From Octopus vulgaris (taxonomy: Eukaryota), in contig OX597818.1 in assembly GCA_951406725.2 (NCBI GenBank), positions 90,024,001-90,088,000 of the forward strand: a stretch of 64,000 bases of DNA. Reading direction: 5' to 3'. The notes under the pieces are model-generated. The model saw nothing but the letters and a program-made list of their open reading frames with translations. It was not told the origin of the DNA and did no database searches. Positions 38,901 to 52,935 of this stretch are shown piece after piece; within the stretch, counting starts at the first letter, position 1; each line of letters starts with the position of its first letter. The translations under genes were made by a program, and so were the position numbers.

Positions 38901-40474
38901 CTTCCCCCACTGAACTCTCCCCCACCTATGTCTTTAGCCACAGGTCATTTAGCGAAACAATCGTTTCACTCACGCGCTCCTAAAAGTATTTATGCACTTC
39001 GTCCCACCCGCCCCGCCCCACCCTACCACCGACCCCGTTGTTTTCAGACACCTTCCTTCACCTTCACTTTTCCCATGACCCCTCTCAATAAGGGGGACGG
39101 CAAAAAAGGGGCGATAAGAAAGAGCAAACCAGAATGTAATGGAAAATGGGGGGAAAAGAGGTGTGGGGTAGGTTAGACCGGAGGGGGTTTTGTTATCAGT
39201 CAGAAGCCTACGGCGATGTGGGCTGTATGATGTCTCGCTTTCACATACATACATACATACATACATACATACATACATACATACATACATACATACATAC
39301 ATACATACATACATGCATGCATACATACATACATACATGCATACACACATACATACATACATACATACATACATACATACATACATACATACATACATAC
39401 ATACATACATACGTACATACATACATGCATACATGCATACATATATACTTACACATATACAGACAGACAGACAGACATAGACATACACACACAAACACAT
39501 ATACATATACATACATACATATCCATATCCACACTTACACTGACACACGCATATATGTATGTTGGTGCGCGTATGTGTGTATATATATGTATGTATACAC
39601 ACAAGCATGCGTACATCCATCCGTCCGTCCGACCGTCTGTACGTACGTAAAAGCATACGCACATGCATATGTAGGAATATATATGTATATGTATGCATGT
39701 ATATATGTGTGTGTGTATATATATATATATATATAAATACGTATATATACAAGTATACATACACACACACACACATATATATATATACACACATACACAC
39801 AAATATATATGCATACACATGCATACGTACGTACATACATACATACGGAAAGACAAACTGACAAGACGCACACACACACACACACACACACTCACGTACA
39901 CATATGTACACTAAATTCCTAAAATACTAATACAGCGCCGGTTACGAATAAATAGATATATACTGACACATCCATACGTGTAATTAAATGAAAATTTAAT
40001 TATAAAGAATGATAGCTGCATATTTATGTAATAAACGTGACCATTAAGAAAAAGTATTAATGGTTGGAAGAGGAGATAACTTTCGAAGTTCCTTCATTGT
40101 TAACCGTCGTCAGCAGATGCGTCGTCTTTGGTTTCGCTGGCACAGTAGCCAGTTGTTCGCTATAGAGAAATGCAGTAAAGGGTAAGTAATTGGAGCTGGA
40201 AAATGAAATTAATTAATAAGTTAATTATGGAAAGAGATTTGAAAACATATTTAATGATATAAAGTGGGTTTGTTTTTCACTTTTAGAATATATATTCACG
40301 GTGTGTCAGATACTACAATGTCTAAAACTATATATACTCTGTTGGCAAAGGTTAAGAAAGTAGAAACGTGACGGGCTGTTTTCTGCAAAGCTTGGCGGAA
40401 AAATGAAGTCAGCTGATACCGAATATTATTTCTAGTCAAGATTTAATCCTTCTATGGAAGGTATAACTGTCTGA

Positions 40475-40705
40475 CGGCGAGCTGGCAGAAACGTTAGCAC
40501 GCCGGGCGAAATACTTAGCAGTATTTCGTCTGCCGCTACGTTCTGAGTTCAAATTCCGCCGAGATCGACTTTGCCTTTCATCCTTTCGGGGTCGATTAAA
40601 TAAGTACCAGTTATGCACTGGGGTCGATATAATCGACTTAATCCGTTTGTCTGTCCTTGTTTGTCCTCTCTGTGTTTAGCCACTTGTGTGTTGTAAAGAA
40701 ATAGG
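40475..40705 (+). mobile_element. SINE family B with 16-bp TSD
   Basis: AGGTATAACTGTCTGA at 40459-40474 and 40703-40718. Confidence 0.92.
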
Positions 40706-40919
40706 TATAACTGTCTGAAAACAATAGTATTCTTTTATTCTTTTACATGTTTCAGTCATCTGACTGCGGTCATGCTGGATCACCGCCTTAAAGGGGTGTT
40801 CTTCGTCGAACAAATCGACCCCAGGACTTATTCTTTGTAAGCCTTGTGCTTATTCTCTTTTGCCGAATCGCTAAGGTACGGAGATGTACACACACCAACA
40901 TCGGTTGTGAAACAATGGT

Positions 40920-41008
<89 letters not shown>

Positions 41009-41046
41009 ACACACGCACACACACACACATACACACACACACACAC

Positions 41047-41440
41047 ATAAGGAAAATAAGCCAAGGTAGAAAATGCTAAAATAATTTTATCACGAAGAAC
41101 ATTTTAGTACTGGTTTCAGTCTTTGCGACTTTTACAACTTAGAGTAAAGCACGAAAAACAATTAAATTGTGGAAAAATTAAATGAAATGTTTTTAAAAAT
41201 ATATTTCCATAGTTTTCAAATGCAAGGGACATTTTCTTTTTTTCTGTCTGTCTCAAAAAAGGAAAATGTCCCTTGCGTTTGAAAACTATGGAAATATTAA
41301 AAAAAATCATGTAATTTTTCCACAATTGCTTTTCATGCTTTACTCTTCAGTTGAAAAAGTCGCAATGACTGAAACCGGTACTAAAATGTTTTTCATGATA
41401 AAATTATTTTAGTATTTTCTACCTTGGCTTATTTTCCTTA
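41047..41440. mobile_element. Fold-back element with an HHR in each arm
   Basis: About 190-bp arms around a roughly 10-nt spacer near 41245; motifs 41106-41139 (-) and 41349-41382 (+). Confidence 0.85.
41349..41382 (+). ncRNA. Hammerhead ribozyme, U3-A8 core variant
   Basis: AG-TTGAAAA-AGTC-gcaat-GACT-GAAAC-CG-GTA-CT. Confidence 0.68.
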
Positions 41441-41471
41441 TACATATCAACTCGTGCGTTCCTTTTCAACC

Positions 41472-41558
<87 letters not shown>

Positions 41559-41802
41559 CAATTTAAAAATCGGATAAAATCTTCATAAGAATTTATCAAA
41601 TAGTCAGCGTGAAAAACCTCATAAGAGAAAAAATCCACCGATTTTTTCACTTAGATATATTTATTTATATTATATAGAGGGCATTATTACACATAAATGC
41701 CACACGCTAGGAGGGACTCTTAAAGTCAAAACTACTAAAATAAATAAACATATCGTACCGAATGCAACTCTCGAAGCAAGTCATTTAAAAACCGAATTCA
41801 GC

Positions 41803-41862
41803 TGCAGATCACTGTGATTTCGTAATCAGTGCAGTGGTGTGCATTCTTTACTCATCAGTGCA
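41803..41862 (-). ncRNA. Type I hammerhead ribozyme
   Basis: TGCA-CTGATGA-GTAA..TGCA-caccac-TGCA..TTAC-GAAA-TCAC-a-GTGA-TC-TGCA; fully canonical core, AUC site. Confidence 0.85.
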
Positions 41863-42116
41863 AGCATAATTCAAGTTTTATAATGAATGAACAAAATCAA
41901 CATACCAGACGAACAACCATCGTTGGACTTATTCTTCGTAAGCATAGTATCTATCGGTCTCTTTTGCCGAACCGATAAGTTACGGGGACGTAAATACAAC
42001 ATCGTTTGTCAAGCGATGGTGAGGGGACGGACAACCATAGACACACAAATACATATACTTTTATAAACTCACGCACACACACACACATATGTGTATATGT
42101 ATACATATATGTGTGC

Positions 42117-42213
<97 letters not shown>

Positions 42214-42227
42214 CGCGCACGTGTAGT

Positions 42228-42490
42228 TAAAATTTGCGTAAGAACAAAAGACGAAGACAGGTGTGTGAACAACAAGCAGGTGTATTAGTTTGACGCTCGG
42301 AAAAGTGAGACAGTCTTTTACGTTTCGAACATATGCTCTTCAACAGACAAGAATAAGAGAAAATAAGAAAAGAGAGATTATAAGAACTTGTGAATTTAGC
42401 GGTCAAGCTTGGCGATTGGTTGGAAAAGAAAAGGTTTGACAATAGAGGTAGAAAGAAGGGGAGATAATAAAAGTATTGGTTATCCCCCAA
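42228..42490 (-). mobile_element. Short HHR-variant element (decayed motif 42314-42350)
   Basis: Similar to 292-485; CTGTTGA-A-GAGC-atat-GTTC-GAAAC-GTA. Confidence 0.55.
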
Positions 42491-42621
42491 AGAAGGTGCA
42501 TGTGCATATGTGTGTGTAGGAGAATGTGTGTGTGTGTGGATAGGAATTAGTGTCTTTGACGTGTGTGGATGTGTGCGTGTGTAAGTGTGCGCGTCTATAA
42601 CGTGTGCGTGTGTGTATGTGT

Positions 42622-42682
<61 letters not shown>

Positions 42683-42769
42683 CGGCGATTACTGCTTTGG
42701 CAATCAGAACAAGGAGCTGGGTGACAGAACGCTGAAGTAAACGAAATCAAATATTGATTTCAAATTTAA

Positions 42770-43150
42770 GGAAGTTTAGGGAAGGGAATGAATCGATTAT
42801 ATCGACCCCAGTGCTGAACTGGTCTTTATTTTATCGATCCTGAAAGGATGAAGAACAAAGTCGACCGCGGCGGAGTTTGAAATCAGAACAGGAAGACGAA
42901 CGAAATGCCGCTAAGCATTTCGTCCGGTGTGCTAATGATTCTGCCAGCTCAGCGCCTTCCGAAGTATTTAGTTACAGCAACATGTATGCTTGTGCATTCG
43001 TCATTATTATAATAGGTTGCACCGTCGAGGTCGACTTCGCCTTTCATCCTTTCAGGGTCGATAAATTAAGTACCAGTTGTATACTGGAGTCAATCTAATC
43101 GCCTGGCCCCCTCCCACCAAATTTCAGGCCTTATGCCTATAGTAGAAAGT
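42770..43150. mobile_element. Two diverged SINE family B copies in opposite orientation
   Basis: 42770-42958 (-) and 43020-43150 (+). Confidence 0.75.
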
Positions 43151-43169
43151 AGGCTGCTGGATGAATTAG

Positions 43170-43640
43170 GAGGTTGTGCTGAAAAGTACCTGGCTCTGAG
43201 TAAAAGAAAACGTAGGAGGTTCAGTTAATTATGATTTTATTCAAAATATTCCCCTCTCAGATTCGGAGACACGTGGCTTAGTGGTTAGGGTATTGAACTC
43301 ATGATCGTAAGATTGTGTTTTCGATTCTTGGACCGAGCGATGCGGTGTGTTCTTGAGCAGAATACTTCATTTCACGTTGCTGCAGTCCACTCAGCTGGCA
43401 AAACTGAATAATCCTTCGAAGGACCGGCGTCCCGTCCACGGTGGGGAGTTTATACGCAATGGAGACCGAGAAACCGGCCCTTGAGAATGCATGACCAGCG
43501 AAGGTATCTTTATCTTACCTTTAGCTCTCACATTCACACGCTCATTACAGTGGTCATTCAGTTTTTCTAAGCCTTGCAAAAAGAACTGGGAAGGTTGGGC
43601 CTCCAGCCAGGCCTTTCGCAACATCGTTAAAGCCAAGAGC
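43170..43640 (-). mobile_element. Mariner 3' end interrupted by SINE D (43265-43525)
   Basis: AWLEAQPSQFFLQGLEKLNDHCNERVN|LRGEYFE* and a TIR-like end near 43170. Confidence 0.75.
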
Positions 43641-43674
43641 TATTCAGTAAGCCCTCGTATGGTTGAACAGCGAA

Positions 43675-44065
43675 TGCAATGACCCAGTGGTTAGGGCAGC
43701 GGACTCGCGGTTTCGATTCCCAGACTGGGCGTTGTGTGTGCTTATTGTGCGAAAACACCTAAAGCTCCACGAGGCTCCAGCAGTGGGTGGTGGAGACCCC
43801 TGTTGTACTCTTTCACTCCAACTTTCTCTCACTCTTTCTTCCTGTTTCTTGTTCCCGACTTCCTACGCAACCGCTGAGCCTGGATGCGCATTCATCCATC
43901 CGTCGATGCTCACGGTGTTGGGGGTTGACCTGCTTTCTCTTCTGCGGGTCTTACGAATAGCAAAGGACCACGTTTCGGACTTCTCCCATCTTGCGAGCTC
44001 TGGGACGAAGACCGTTCGCTCAACAGCAACAGCGAATGCAAGTTTACGTCTAAGCAAAAAGTACA
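43675..44065 (+). mobile_element. SINE family C head with a different 3' body
   Basis: 43680-43840 matches the 10404-10215 region; downstream sequence differs. Confidence 0.7.
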
Positions 44066-44217
44066 ACTATAATTATGCATAACATATGAGTGTATTTTAT
44101 AAGGAGAGAAAAAACTTCTTTCTCTCACGTGTACTTTTGATATCATTGCGATTCTAATTATTTAAAGTGCAACATATACGCCTTTAGAGAAACAAATGTA
44201 TGTATTTGTGAATATAT

Positions 44218-44322
<105 letters not shown>

Positions 44323-44351
44323 TAGATAGATAGATAGATAGATATAGATAG

Positions 44352-44721
44352 AGGGCAGAAGAAAAATTCTAATGCCAGATACGCCGAAAGAAAAAAATGT
44401 CGATAACCATTAAATTTATGCGTCTCGAAACAAACCGATAGAAATCTCTAAAAAATTCGTTATTACCGTATTGGTCCAATTTCGGGGTTAATTCATAAGA
44501 AAATTTCCCCTCTTCAGCGGCAAATACGCGAGATATAAATGAAATACTTACTCATACCCAGAGGAGAAAATTTCTTGTGAATTAACCCCGAAATTGGACC
44601 AATACGGTAATAACGAATTTTTTAGAGATTTCTATCGGTTTGTTTCGAGACGCATAAATTTAATGGTTATCGACAATTTTTTGTTTCGGCGTATCTGGCA
44701 TTAGAATTTTTCTTCTGCCCT
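44352..44721. mobile_element. Fold-back element with near-perfect 160-bp arms and an HHR
   Basis: 44352-44513 versus 44560-44721 are reverse complements. Confidence 0.88.
44466..44520 (-). ncRNA. Type I hammerhead ribozyme
   Basis: CCG-CTGAAGA-GGGG..CCCC-GAAA-TTGG-a-CCAA-TA-CGG. Confidence 0.88.
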
Positions 44722-44817
44722 TATCTTGTAAATATGTACAAATTTTACCTTTAAAGGCATTTTTTGATATGCTGGCCATTGATAAAATTTTTTTCCCGAA
44801 AAAAATTTTATCCTGTA

Positions 44818-44881
<64 letters not shown>

Positions 44882-45016
44882 ATGTATGTATGTATGTGTG
44901 TATGTATGTATGTATGTATGTGTGTATGTATGTATGTATGTGTGTATGTGAGTGTGTGTGTATAGTTATGTGTATGCATATATGTAAGTACATATTTATA
45001 TATATATATATATATA

Positions 45017-45078
<62 letters not shown>

Positions 45079-45668
45079 CTTCCGACGCCGTTAGACGTAC
45101 GTGAATCAGCTCCGTGAATTTGACACCAATTTCATTGGAAATCTATTAATAGGTTTGAATATTTTTTAATATTTCTGTAGCCAAACCGACCGGCTTCTTG
45201 CGGAGCTCGTCGGTTGGGCGAAATTTTGCCCCATTCGGGGTGAAATTGCGTTTGAAAATTTTGAACATTTGACATTTTTCAACATTTTGAATATTACAAC
45301 AAGAAAAAACATGGCTATGAAGCGAACAGTTGGCTGTTCCTTCCTTCAAAATACACTCCCTCCGCAAACACGCACAACTCGTACAAAACACCCACTTCAC
45401 GCCTTAAAAGGCAACAAAGATTCTCCTTCCGAACCGCAGAGCACGCGCTCGGTTCAAAAGGAAAATGCAAGTCATGACGTCGCGTTCGACGTAATTCTTG
45501 ATTTTCCCCTCTGCCTTCACCCAATGCTTTGGTAAGGAAGGAGGAGGGAGAAAAAACAAATACAAAAATCATCACAAACATTGACACGGAGATAAAAGAA
45601 AAACTTCCAACAATTTTGCTTCTGCTGCGAAGCAAATTTCGGAGGAAGTTAAGATAACTCTAGAAGAT

Positions 45669-46332
45669 GTGAAAAGAGCGAAGGAATTGTTAAGGAAGGA
45701 TGGCAATGGTATCTTCCTCAATACTCCACAAGAGGTGATTGAAAGCACCAACAAGCAAACAATAATTTACAAAGTTTTCGACAGAAAACTAAAAAGAATA
45801 ACAAATGCCACACCCCAACAGTTGGAGATAGCTCTAAAGCCCATTTGGGCCCAAAAGAGCTACGTAACCAAGGGGAAGCGTTTTGGAACCGTGGAGGTTC
45901 GCTTCCCAACAGAGGAGCTGGCAAGGGCGAACGCCATTTCGCCCTTGCAAACTGAGAATTTGTTACTAATTCCAACCCACCTCGGGCGAAGAGTTACAAA
46001 AATAAAAATCGACCTCGTCCCCCCTGAATTAAATATGTCATGGCTGGTGGCAGCTGTCCTCTATGATATAGAGGACACTACCACCATTCTAGATGTCAGG
46101 AGAGTGAGGGCGAAAAACTGGTTGGGGATGGGAGTGCTGCTTCTTGCGCAAATTCAGCAAGAGAATATAAGTAAAGTCCCTGATTTCGTAAGTTTGCCGG
46201 ACGGCACTAGGCTAAACGTTGCTGTGGAGGGGCGAAAGCCAAAATGCTTTCTCTGCAGCAGCGAAAGCCACTTAAAGAGGGACTGTCCCATTCACAAAAA
46301 GAGGATGGAGGCTTTCAGCAAGAGGCAGCAGC

Positions 46333-46369
<37 letters not shown>

Positions 46370-47177
46370 CAAGCAACAACAACAGAAACAACAAAAACAG
46401 CAAGAAACACCAAAGGCTGCCACACCACCAACACCATCACCAACACCAGCACCAAGACGAGCAACACCACCTCCAACAACAACAACCACCACCAAACCAA
46501 CACCGACAACCACCACCAAACCAACACCGACACCAGTACCTCGAAGGTCGACAGCAGCGACATCAACAGTAACAGGAGCAGCGGCACCACCGATACCGGT
46601 GGAACCAGAAACTTTTCGTCCTGCTACTGAAGCAGACCCCTCAACCATTCCTTTGCCGGATGAAGAGATCTCGGATTGTGCGAGCTCTGATTCCAACAAA
46701 GGAGAATGGAGTATAGTGCCTCCAAAGAAGAAAAGGAGGAAGAAACAAAAAGATTTACAGGGGAAGCACGAACAAATAGTGCTTCCCAACATCAACAACA
46801 ACAACAACAACAACACACACTCACAACAACAAACAACAACAACACTTTCGACACCACTACTGCCACTGCCACACACACAAACACACACAGACACAATTAC
46901 ATCAATAAACACAAAGAACCAAAAACTAGTGGAGTACTTAAAAAACAAAACTAGTACAAATATAACCGATTTCATCATACCAACACAAAACACACCACCA
47001 GCACACATTCTCACAATAAAAATAAATGCAAAATCATATGATGAAATCAAACAAATATTCCCTAACGATGTGGGATCGCTAGGGAAAAGTTTCTCGAAGA
47101 AACTTTATAAAAACATTGTGGAAGCACCCGTGCAAAAGCACAAGGGAGCCACCCCCACCACCAACAACAGTAAGTAG
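45669..47177 (+). CDS. Tx1-like ORF1 gag-like nucleic-acid-binding protein (true start probably upstream, frameshifted)
   Basis: Zinc knuckle CFLCSSESHLKRDC, RRM-like N-terminal part, Q/T/P-rich linker, WSIVPPKKKRRKK motif. Confidence 0.85.
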
Positions 47178-47214
47178 AGCCTTTTTTTCTCCTTTTTTCC
47201 CCCTACTTTGAGAC

Positions 47215-50200
47215 ATGGCAAATCTTAGAATCGGTTGCTTGAATGTGAGAGGCCTCGGGTCACCTTGGAAACAGGGTCACCTGTTAAACGACCTGAGGTT
47301 TCATGATGTGGATGTAGCAGCCATCAGTGAAACCAGGCTCTCCGACCCGCAGGAACTCGCAGCCCTTTTCGGCGGATACGAGATATTTCTATCTCCGTGT
47401 CGGCCGGGAGCGGGCGGTGGTGGTACTGCGGTGTTGTTTCGGAAGGGCCTGGACCTGAAAATAAGGACAGTCTTCTTGGATCCGGAAGGTAAGTTGGTGG
47501 TCCTCGACGTCGACGGTAGTGACGGCGGTGCTTTCAGACTGCTGGCTGCCTACGCTCCGACAGGAGCAGGGCAGTCGGATTATTTCAAACGTCTGGAAGT
47601 TTTCCTGGGAACGTCACGCACTCTAGTACTAGTTGGGGATTGGAACGCTGTCTTAGACGAACGTTTCGATCGGGTGGGCAGGGGAGCGTCTGTTAGGAGA
47701 GGGGGAGGGTGCAAGAGCCTCGCCAACCTACTCGGCCGCTTTCAGCTGTCCGACAGGTTTCGACTAGACAACCCGAATGTGCCAATGTGGACTTGGACAA
47801 ACCGCATCGGGTCGTCTAGATCGTACTTAGATAGAGTGTTTTGTAGGCCAGCGGATAAGGACAGCGTAGGGTGTCCACAATTCCACCTAGTCGAATATAC
47901 GGACCACAAATTAGTGATCTGTACGGTCGACTTAGATAGGCTACATAGACAGGGACCCGGCTACTGGAAGCTGAACGCGTCGTTAACGGCGTGCAAAGCT
48001 TACAGAGACCGGATTAGTTTACTAGTTAAGCGGGCGCTCACGGGGGCAATCATCAACAACAACTGGTGGTTTGCCCTCAAGAGAGCAATTAGAGTAGAGT
48101 CGATTAGGTATAGTAAGACTCTAGCTATTGAACGTAGGAAGAGAGAGCGGGATTTAGTTAAGAAACTAGACGAGGCTCTTGACACTGGCATCGCGACCGA
48201 CGTGTTGGCGGCAAGGTTGGCCCTCGACCAACACTTCGACGCCAAACACGAAGGCTGCGTTGTCAGAGCTAAGGCACGTTCGCTAAACGGGGAGGGGACT
48301 AGAGCCGCTCGATGGGCCCGCGTGGCGGAGGCGAAGCGAGGCAACAAAGCAACCATTCGGTCTTTGGTGGACCAGAACGGGCGCGAGGTTACCCAACCGA
48401 AGCAGATGTGTACGGTGCTTCAGCGGCACTTTGCTCAACTGTTTGGGACGAGCGGTGGAACGGACACCAACGGTACAGACTTCGGTGTGTACCTGGACGG
48501 ACTGCCGCAACTCTCGGACAGCGAGGCGGAGTGCTGCGAAGGACCGATATCTGCCTGGGAAGTACAGGAAGCGATGAAGAGTTGCACGAGAGGTAGATCG
48601 CCGGGTTTGGATGGTCTGCCCTACGAGCTTTACTTTTCGATGCCAGACTTGTTTGCGGACCTGTTGGCAAACGTCTACTGCAACTGGCAGCAAAACGGGA
48701 GAATTCCTGCTTTTGTCTGTCGAGGGGTGGTGGCTTTGCTAAAGAAGGACCCAAACAAGGGGGACGTTATAGGGAATTTCCGGCCCATCACTCTGCTCAA
48801 TGCAGAGTTGAAGATTTTGGCCAAGGTGCTAGCCAAGAGATTGGCGCTTGTCGTGGACAAGCTGGTCGGCGGGACGCAGACATGCGCCGTGCCGACCAGG
48901 TCGATACACGACAACCTCCATCTCATGCGCTACATCATAGAGAGGGTGGGTAACGACGCTGGCGCGGGTGGGGCTTTGATCAACTTGGATCAGAGTAAAG
49001 CCTTCGATAGGGTCGACCATCAGTACCTGGCAGCTGTCCTCAAGGCAGCCGGCTTCGGTCCAGTCTTCCGCGGGTGGATCGCTGCTTTATACAGCAACAT
49101 CTGCTCGGTGATACGGGTGAACGGTCACCTTTCGGAACCGTTCGACATCTCGCGTTCGGTCCGCCAAGGATGCCCTCTCTCCTCCCTCTTGTACATTTTG
49201 ACTCTCGAGCCATTACTGCGCAAGTTGGAGGCTTTGAGGGGCATCCCGCGCGATCTAGGAGGCGGAAACAGCGTGTCTGCTTATGCCGACGACGTCACCG
49301 TGGTGGTGTCGAGCCACAGGCACATTAGCCTGATTGGCGAGACGCTAAACCAGTACGAAGCGGTGACAGGGGCAAAGATTAACGCGGAAAAGTCTGTGGG
49401 CTTGCAACTGGGCACCTGGAGAGGCAAGCCCATGCCGTCCAACAGCGTCGTAGGGCGCTGGACAGACGGACCCGTTAAACTGCTCGGGGTCTGGTTCGGT
49501 CCGGACCTCCAGGTGGATAAGAACTGGGAAGAGGTGACGAGCAGAGTGGCACGTCTCACCCAGAAATGGGCCGAGAGGAAGCTGTCCCTGAAAGGTCGAG
49601 CGGAGGTGGCGAATGCGTACATCGCATCCGTCATCTATTACCGCTTGACCGTCGTCCCTTGTCCCAACCGCTGGTTGGCCAAGCTGGTACGTCTGCTCTT
49701 CGACTTTTTGTGGAAGGGTCAGGTGCCACTGGTCAGGCGATCCATCTGCTGTCAACGACCGCTGAACGGAGGCCTTGGAATGCCGTGGTTGCTGTTGCGC
49801 AGACATGCGCTCAGGCTGCGGCATCTCAAGCGCTTCCTAGACGGTGAACAGGTGTGGTCGTCTTTTGTCAGACGCGATTTTCCGCAGCTCGTCTCTTTGA
49901 CGGAGCTGCAGACCTGGATCAAACGTAGACCGAGAAAGGGCGCTTGGCACCTCGAGTGCCGTCAAGCCCTCTCCGCCCTCCACCAGGCGGGCAATGCGGT
50001 CGGTTACAGCTCCACTCTAGCGTTCTATAGAGGGTTAGTGGAGGAAAAATGCGACGACGTTCTCGGGGAAACTCTAGGCGTTGAAGACGACGAACTGAGC
50101 AGTCTGTTCGGGAGGACTTTCGGGCCGGGGCCGATGGATAATTTCCAGAGGTCTCTCGCTTGGCAGTGCTACCGAGGGGCTCTGCCTGTTCGAGATAAAC

Positions 50201-50650
50201 TCTACCGGCACGGAAGTGCCGTCAGCCGGGCCTGCCCGAGGTGTTGCCAGGACGATGAAACCGTTCTGCACGCACTCGTCCAGTGCCCGAGTATTGCTGA
50301 AATATGGGTTTATGTCGAACAGCTACTGTCACGTGTAGGACGGATCCGACTATCGGCCGAATCCATAGTGAAGATTGCCCCGCCGACCTCCTTTAACAAG
50401 GAGGGCGAGGCCGTTTTTCTTGTGCCTTGTGGCTGTGGCGAAAGAAGTTGTGTGGTGGACTCGTTTGAAAGGGCTAAAGTCAGACACTTTCCTCTTTGGT
50501 CAAGGCCTCATCAACTTTTTCAAGTTTCACTTGAAAAGGAAGATGAGGTTAGAGAGGAAAGTGCTGTCCGATAGCAAGTTTTATGAAAGGTGGGTGAATT
50601 GTGCGAGACTGGCCTGTATAAATGGACCAGTTCTCAGGTTTCGCCTGTGA
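47215..50650 (+). CDS. Tx1-like ORF2: AP endonuclease + reverse transcriptase + zinc finger; +1 frameshift near 50420
   Basis: LNVRGL, SET, GDWN, YLDRVF, TDH (APE); SPGLDG, FRPITLLN, LDQSKAFDRV, VRQGCPLS, YADD (RT); CPRC..ETVLHALVQC; natural C-terminus continues in the 50375-50650 frame. Confidence 0.93.
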
Positions 50651-50933
50651 TTTCAAAGAAAAAGGTAATGTAAAAGGAGAAGAAAGGGGACTTTCTACAC
50701 CCCCTTTTTTTGACCAGGCTCCCGTTGGCTTTTGTAGGGTTTTTTCCACCAGGAACCTTTCGAGACGTCTCCCCCTTTTGGGAGTTTTTTTTCATTGTTT
50801 TAATAATCATTGTTTTAAAGTTTTTTACACGGATTTTTTAACAAACGGACAAAACCCTTTGTAACCTTTCGTCCTGTCTTGTCCCTTTATGTAATCATGC
50901 GTGTCAGCCCTTGTGGCCAATAAAAAAGAATTG

Positions 50934-50973
<40 letters not shown>

Positions 50974-50994
50974 ATAATAATAATAATAATGATG

Positions 50995-51085
<91 letters not shown>

Positions 51086-51429
51086 TAATAATAATAATAA
51101 TAATGATTATAAATAATAATAATAATAATAATGGTAATAATAATAATCACAACCACAACAACAGCAATAAAACACGTGTGTGTTAATGTGTGAGTGAGTT
51201 TGTGTGTATGTGTGTGCATGCATATTTGTGTGTATGCGTGTGTGTTTGTGTGTGCAAAATAGTCCATTATATTTCACGTTTAGACATATCTTTTTTGTCT
51301 GGGTGTGTGGGTGTTAATATTTACGTATACAAACATAATTATATGATTTAATATAGTTAGGGGCTAATTTCGAACCAGTTTATTAATTTATCAGTTGTAC
51401 ACCGTTGAAGACACACATATACATGTATG

Positions 51430-51482
<53 letters not shown>

Positions 51483-51606
51483 AACACACACTTAAACATA
51501 TGAATTTGCATACACACACATGCCACACGCACATATATTTATATACATATATATATACATACACACATATATATATGTATGTATATATATATATATACAT
51601 ACATGC

Positions 51607-51671
<65 letters not shown>

Positions 51672-51678
51672 TATATTT

Positions 51679-51742
<64 letters not shown>

Positions 51743-52382
51743 GCACAAACACATACATACGTATACATATGTGTTGTGAATGAGTGTATGTGTGCACACC
51801 CCTGCGTGCCGGTATGTGAGCGTGTGTACAAATTTAGTTAATAACACCTCCTACAGCAGACATGCAGTTATTAATTCATACTTCTCAAATGATATGTTTC
51901 CAGACATAAAGGTAATGTTACTATTACCGTCACCACCACCCTACCACCACCACCCTACCATCACCCTACCACCACCACCACACAAATATAAAGCCCTACA
52001 ATAAGAATCATCGGCATCGTTTATAATAACCTCGTATCAACAAATTCTCCGCTGCCCTCACTCCGCCATCTTACAACATCTCGAATTTTCATTCCTCGTC
52101 CTCCCTCACATCGTCTACTCCCGCTATCGTCGCTCTTAATACTCTTACCGTCACTGCAATCATCCCTGTTTTCATAAACACTACACGTCTGCACCTCGCC
52201 CTTTCATAACAATAAAACAATGTCAGAAATGTGATGTTAAACAAAGAAAGGACACCTCTATACAAACACAGATACCTTTACATACATACAAACATAGTAC
52301 ACAGGTACACATATGTACACACATACATATATAAATATATATGTACATACATATATACATATACATACATATATACATGTAT

Positions 52383-52440
<58 letters not shown>

Positions 52441-52645
52441 TTGTGTAGGTATACGAGCATGTCTGTATGAATACACATACATGTAATAAACAGACACACG
52501 AACACACATATAATGAAGAAGTTGGCACAAAGAGTCAACAAAAAATACACAAAAAAACTTACGGGCAAAGACAAAAAGACTGGAAAAACACAAAACATGC
52601 TTAAACCATCATCGGGTGCCAACCAGTTATCAAAATATCATTACC

Positions 52646-52677
<32 letters not shown>

Positions 52678-52681
<4 letters not shown>

Positions 52682-52935
52682 TTTATTTAAAGCAGCAGAA
52701 AATTCAACAAAACCTGATACTCTGAGTTTCCGGGAAACTCAGAGTAACAGGTTTTGTTACTCTGTTACTCTACCACTGGTATTTGAGTACTCTTTTTTCC
52801 ACCTTGCTTCACATTTATGTGTTTACTCCGGTATATATATATATATACTTTATTTTAAGCAGCAGAAAATTCAACAAAATCTGTTACTCTGAGTTTCTCG
52901 TTGCCGTTCATCAGACAGTTTTTGCTAGAATGGAA

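Larger units (their letters stand above)
45078..50932 (+). mobile_element. Near full-length Tx1/L1-group non-LTR retrotransposon inserted in (TTA)n
   Basis: ORF1 with CCHC knuckle, ORF2 APE-RT-CCHC, 3' UTR ending AATAAAAAAG; (TTA)n on both sides. Confidence 0.93.

Noticed and set aside
40060-40187. ATG-initiated 41-codon frame ending at a GTAAGT donor
   Set aside because: No recognisable protein and no partner exons; the nearby minus-strand CTGACGA..GAAA also lacks paired stems, so it is not an HHR
46292-47050. 252-aa antisense ORF
   Set aside because: Shadow of the CAA-rich Tx1 ORF1
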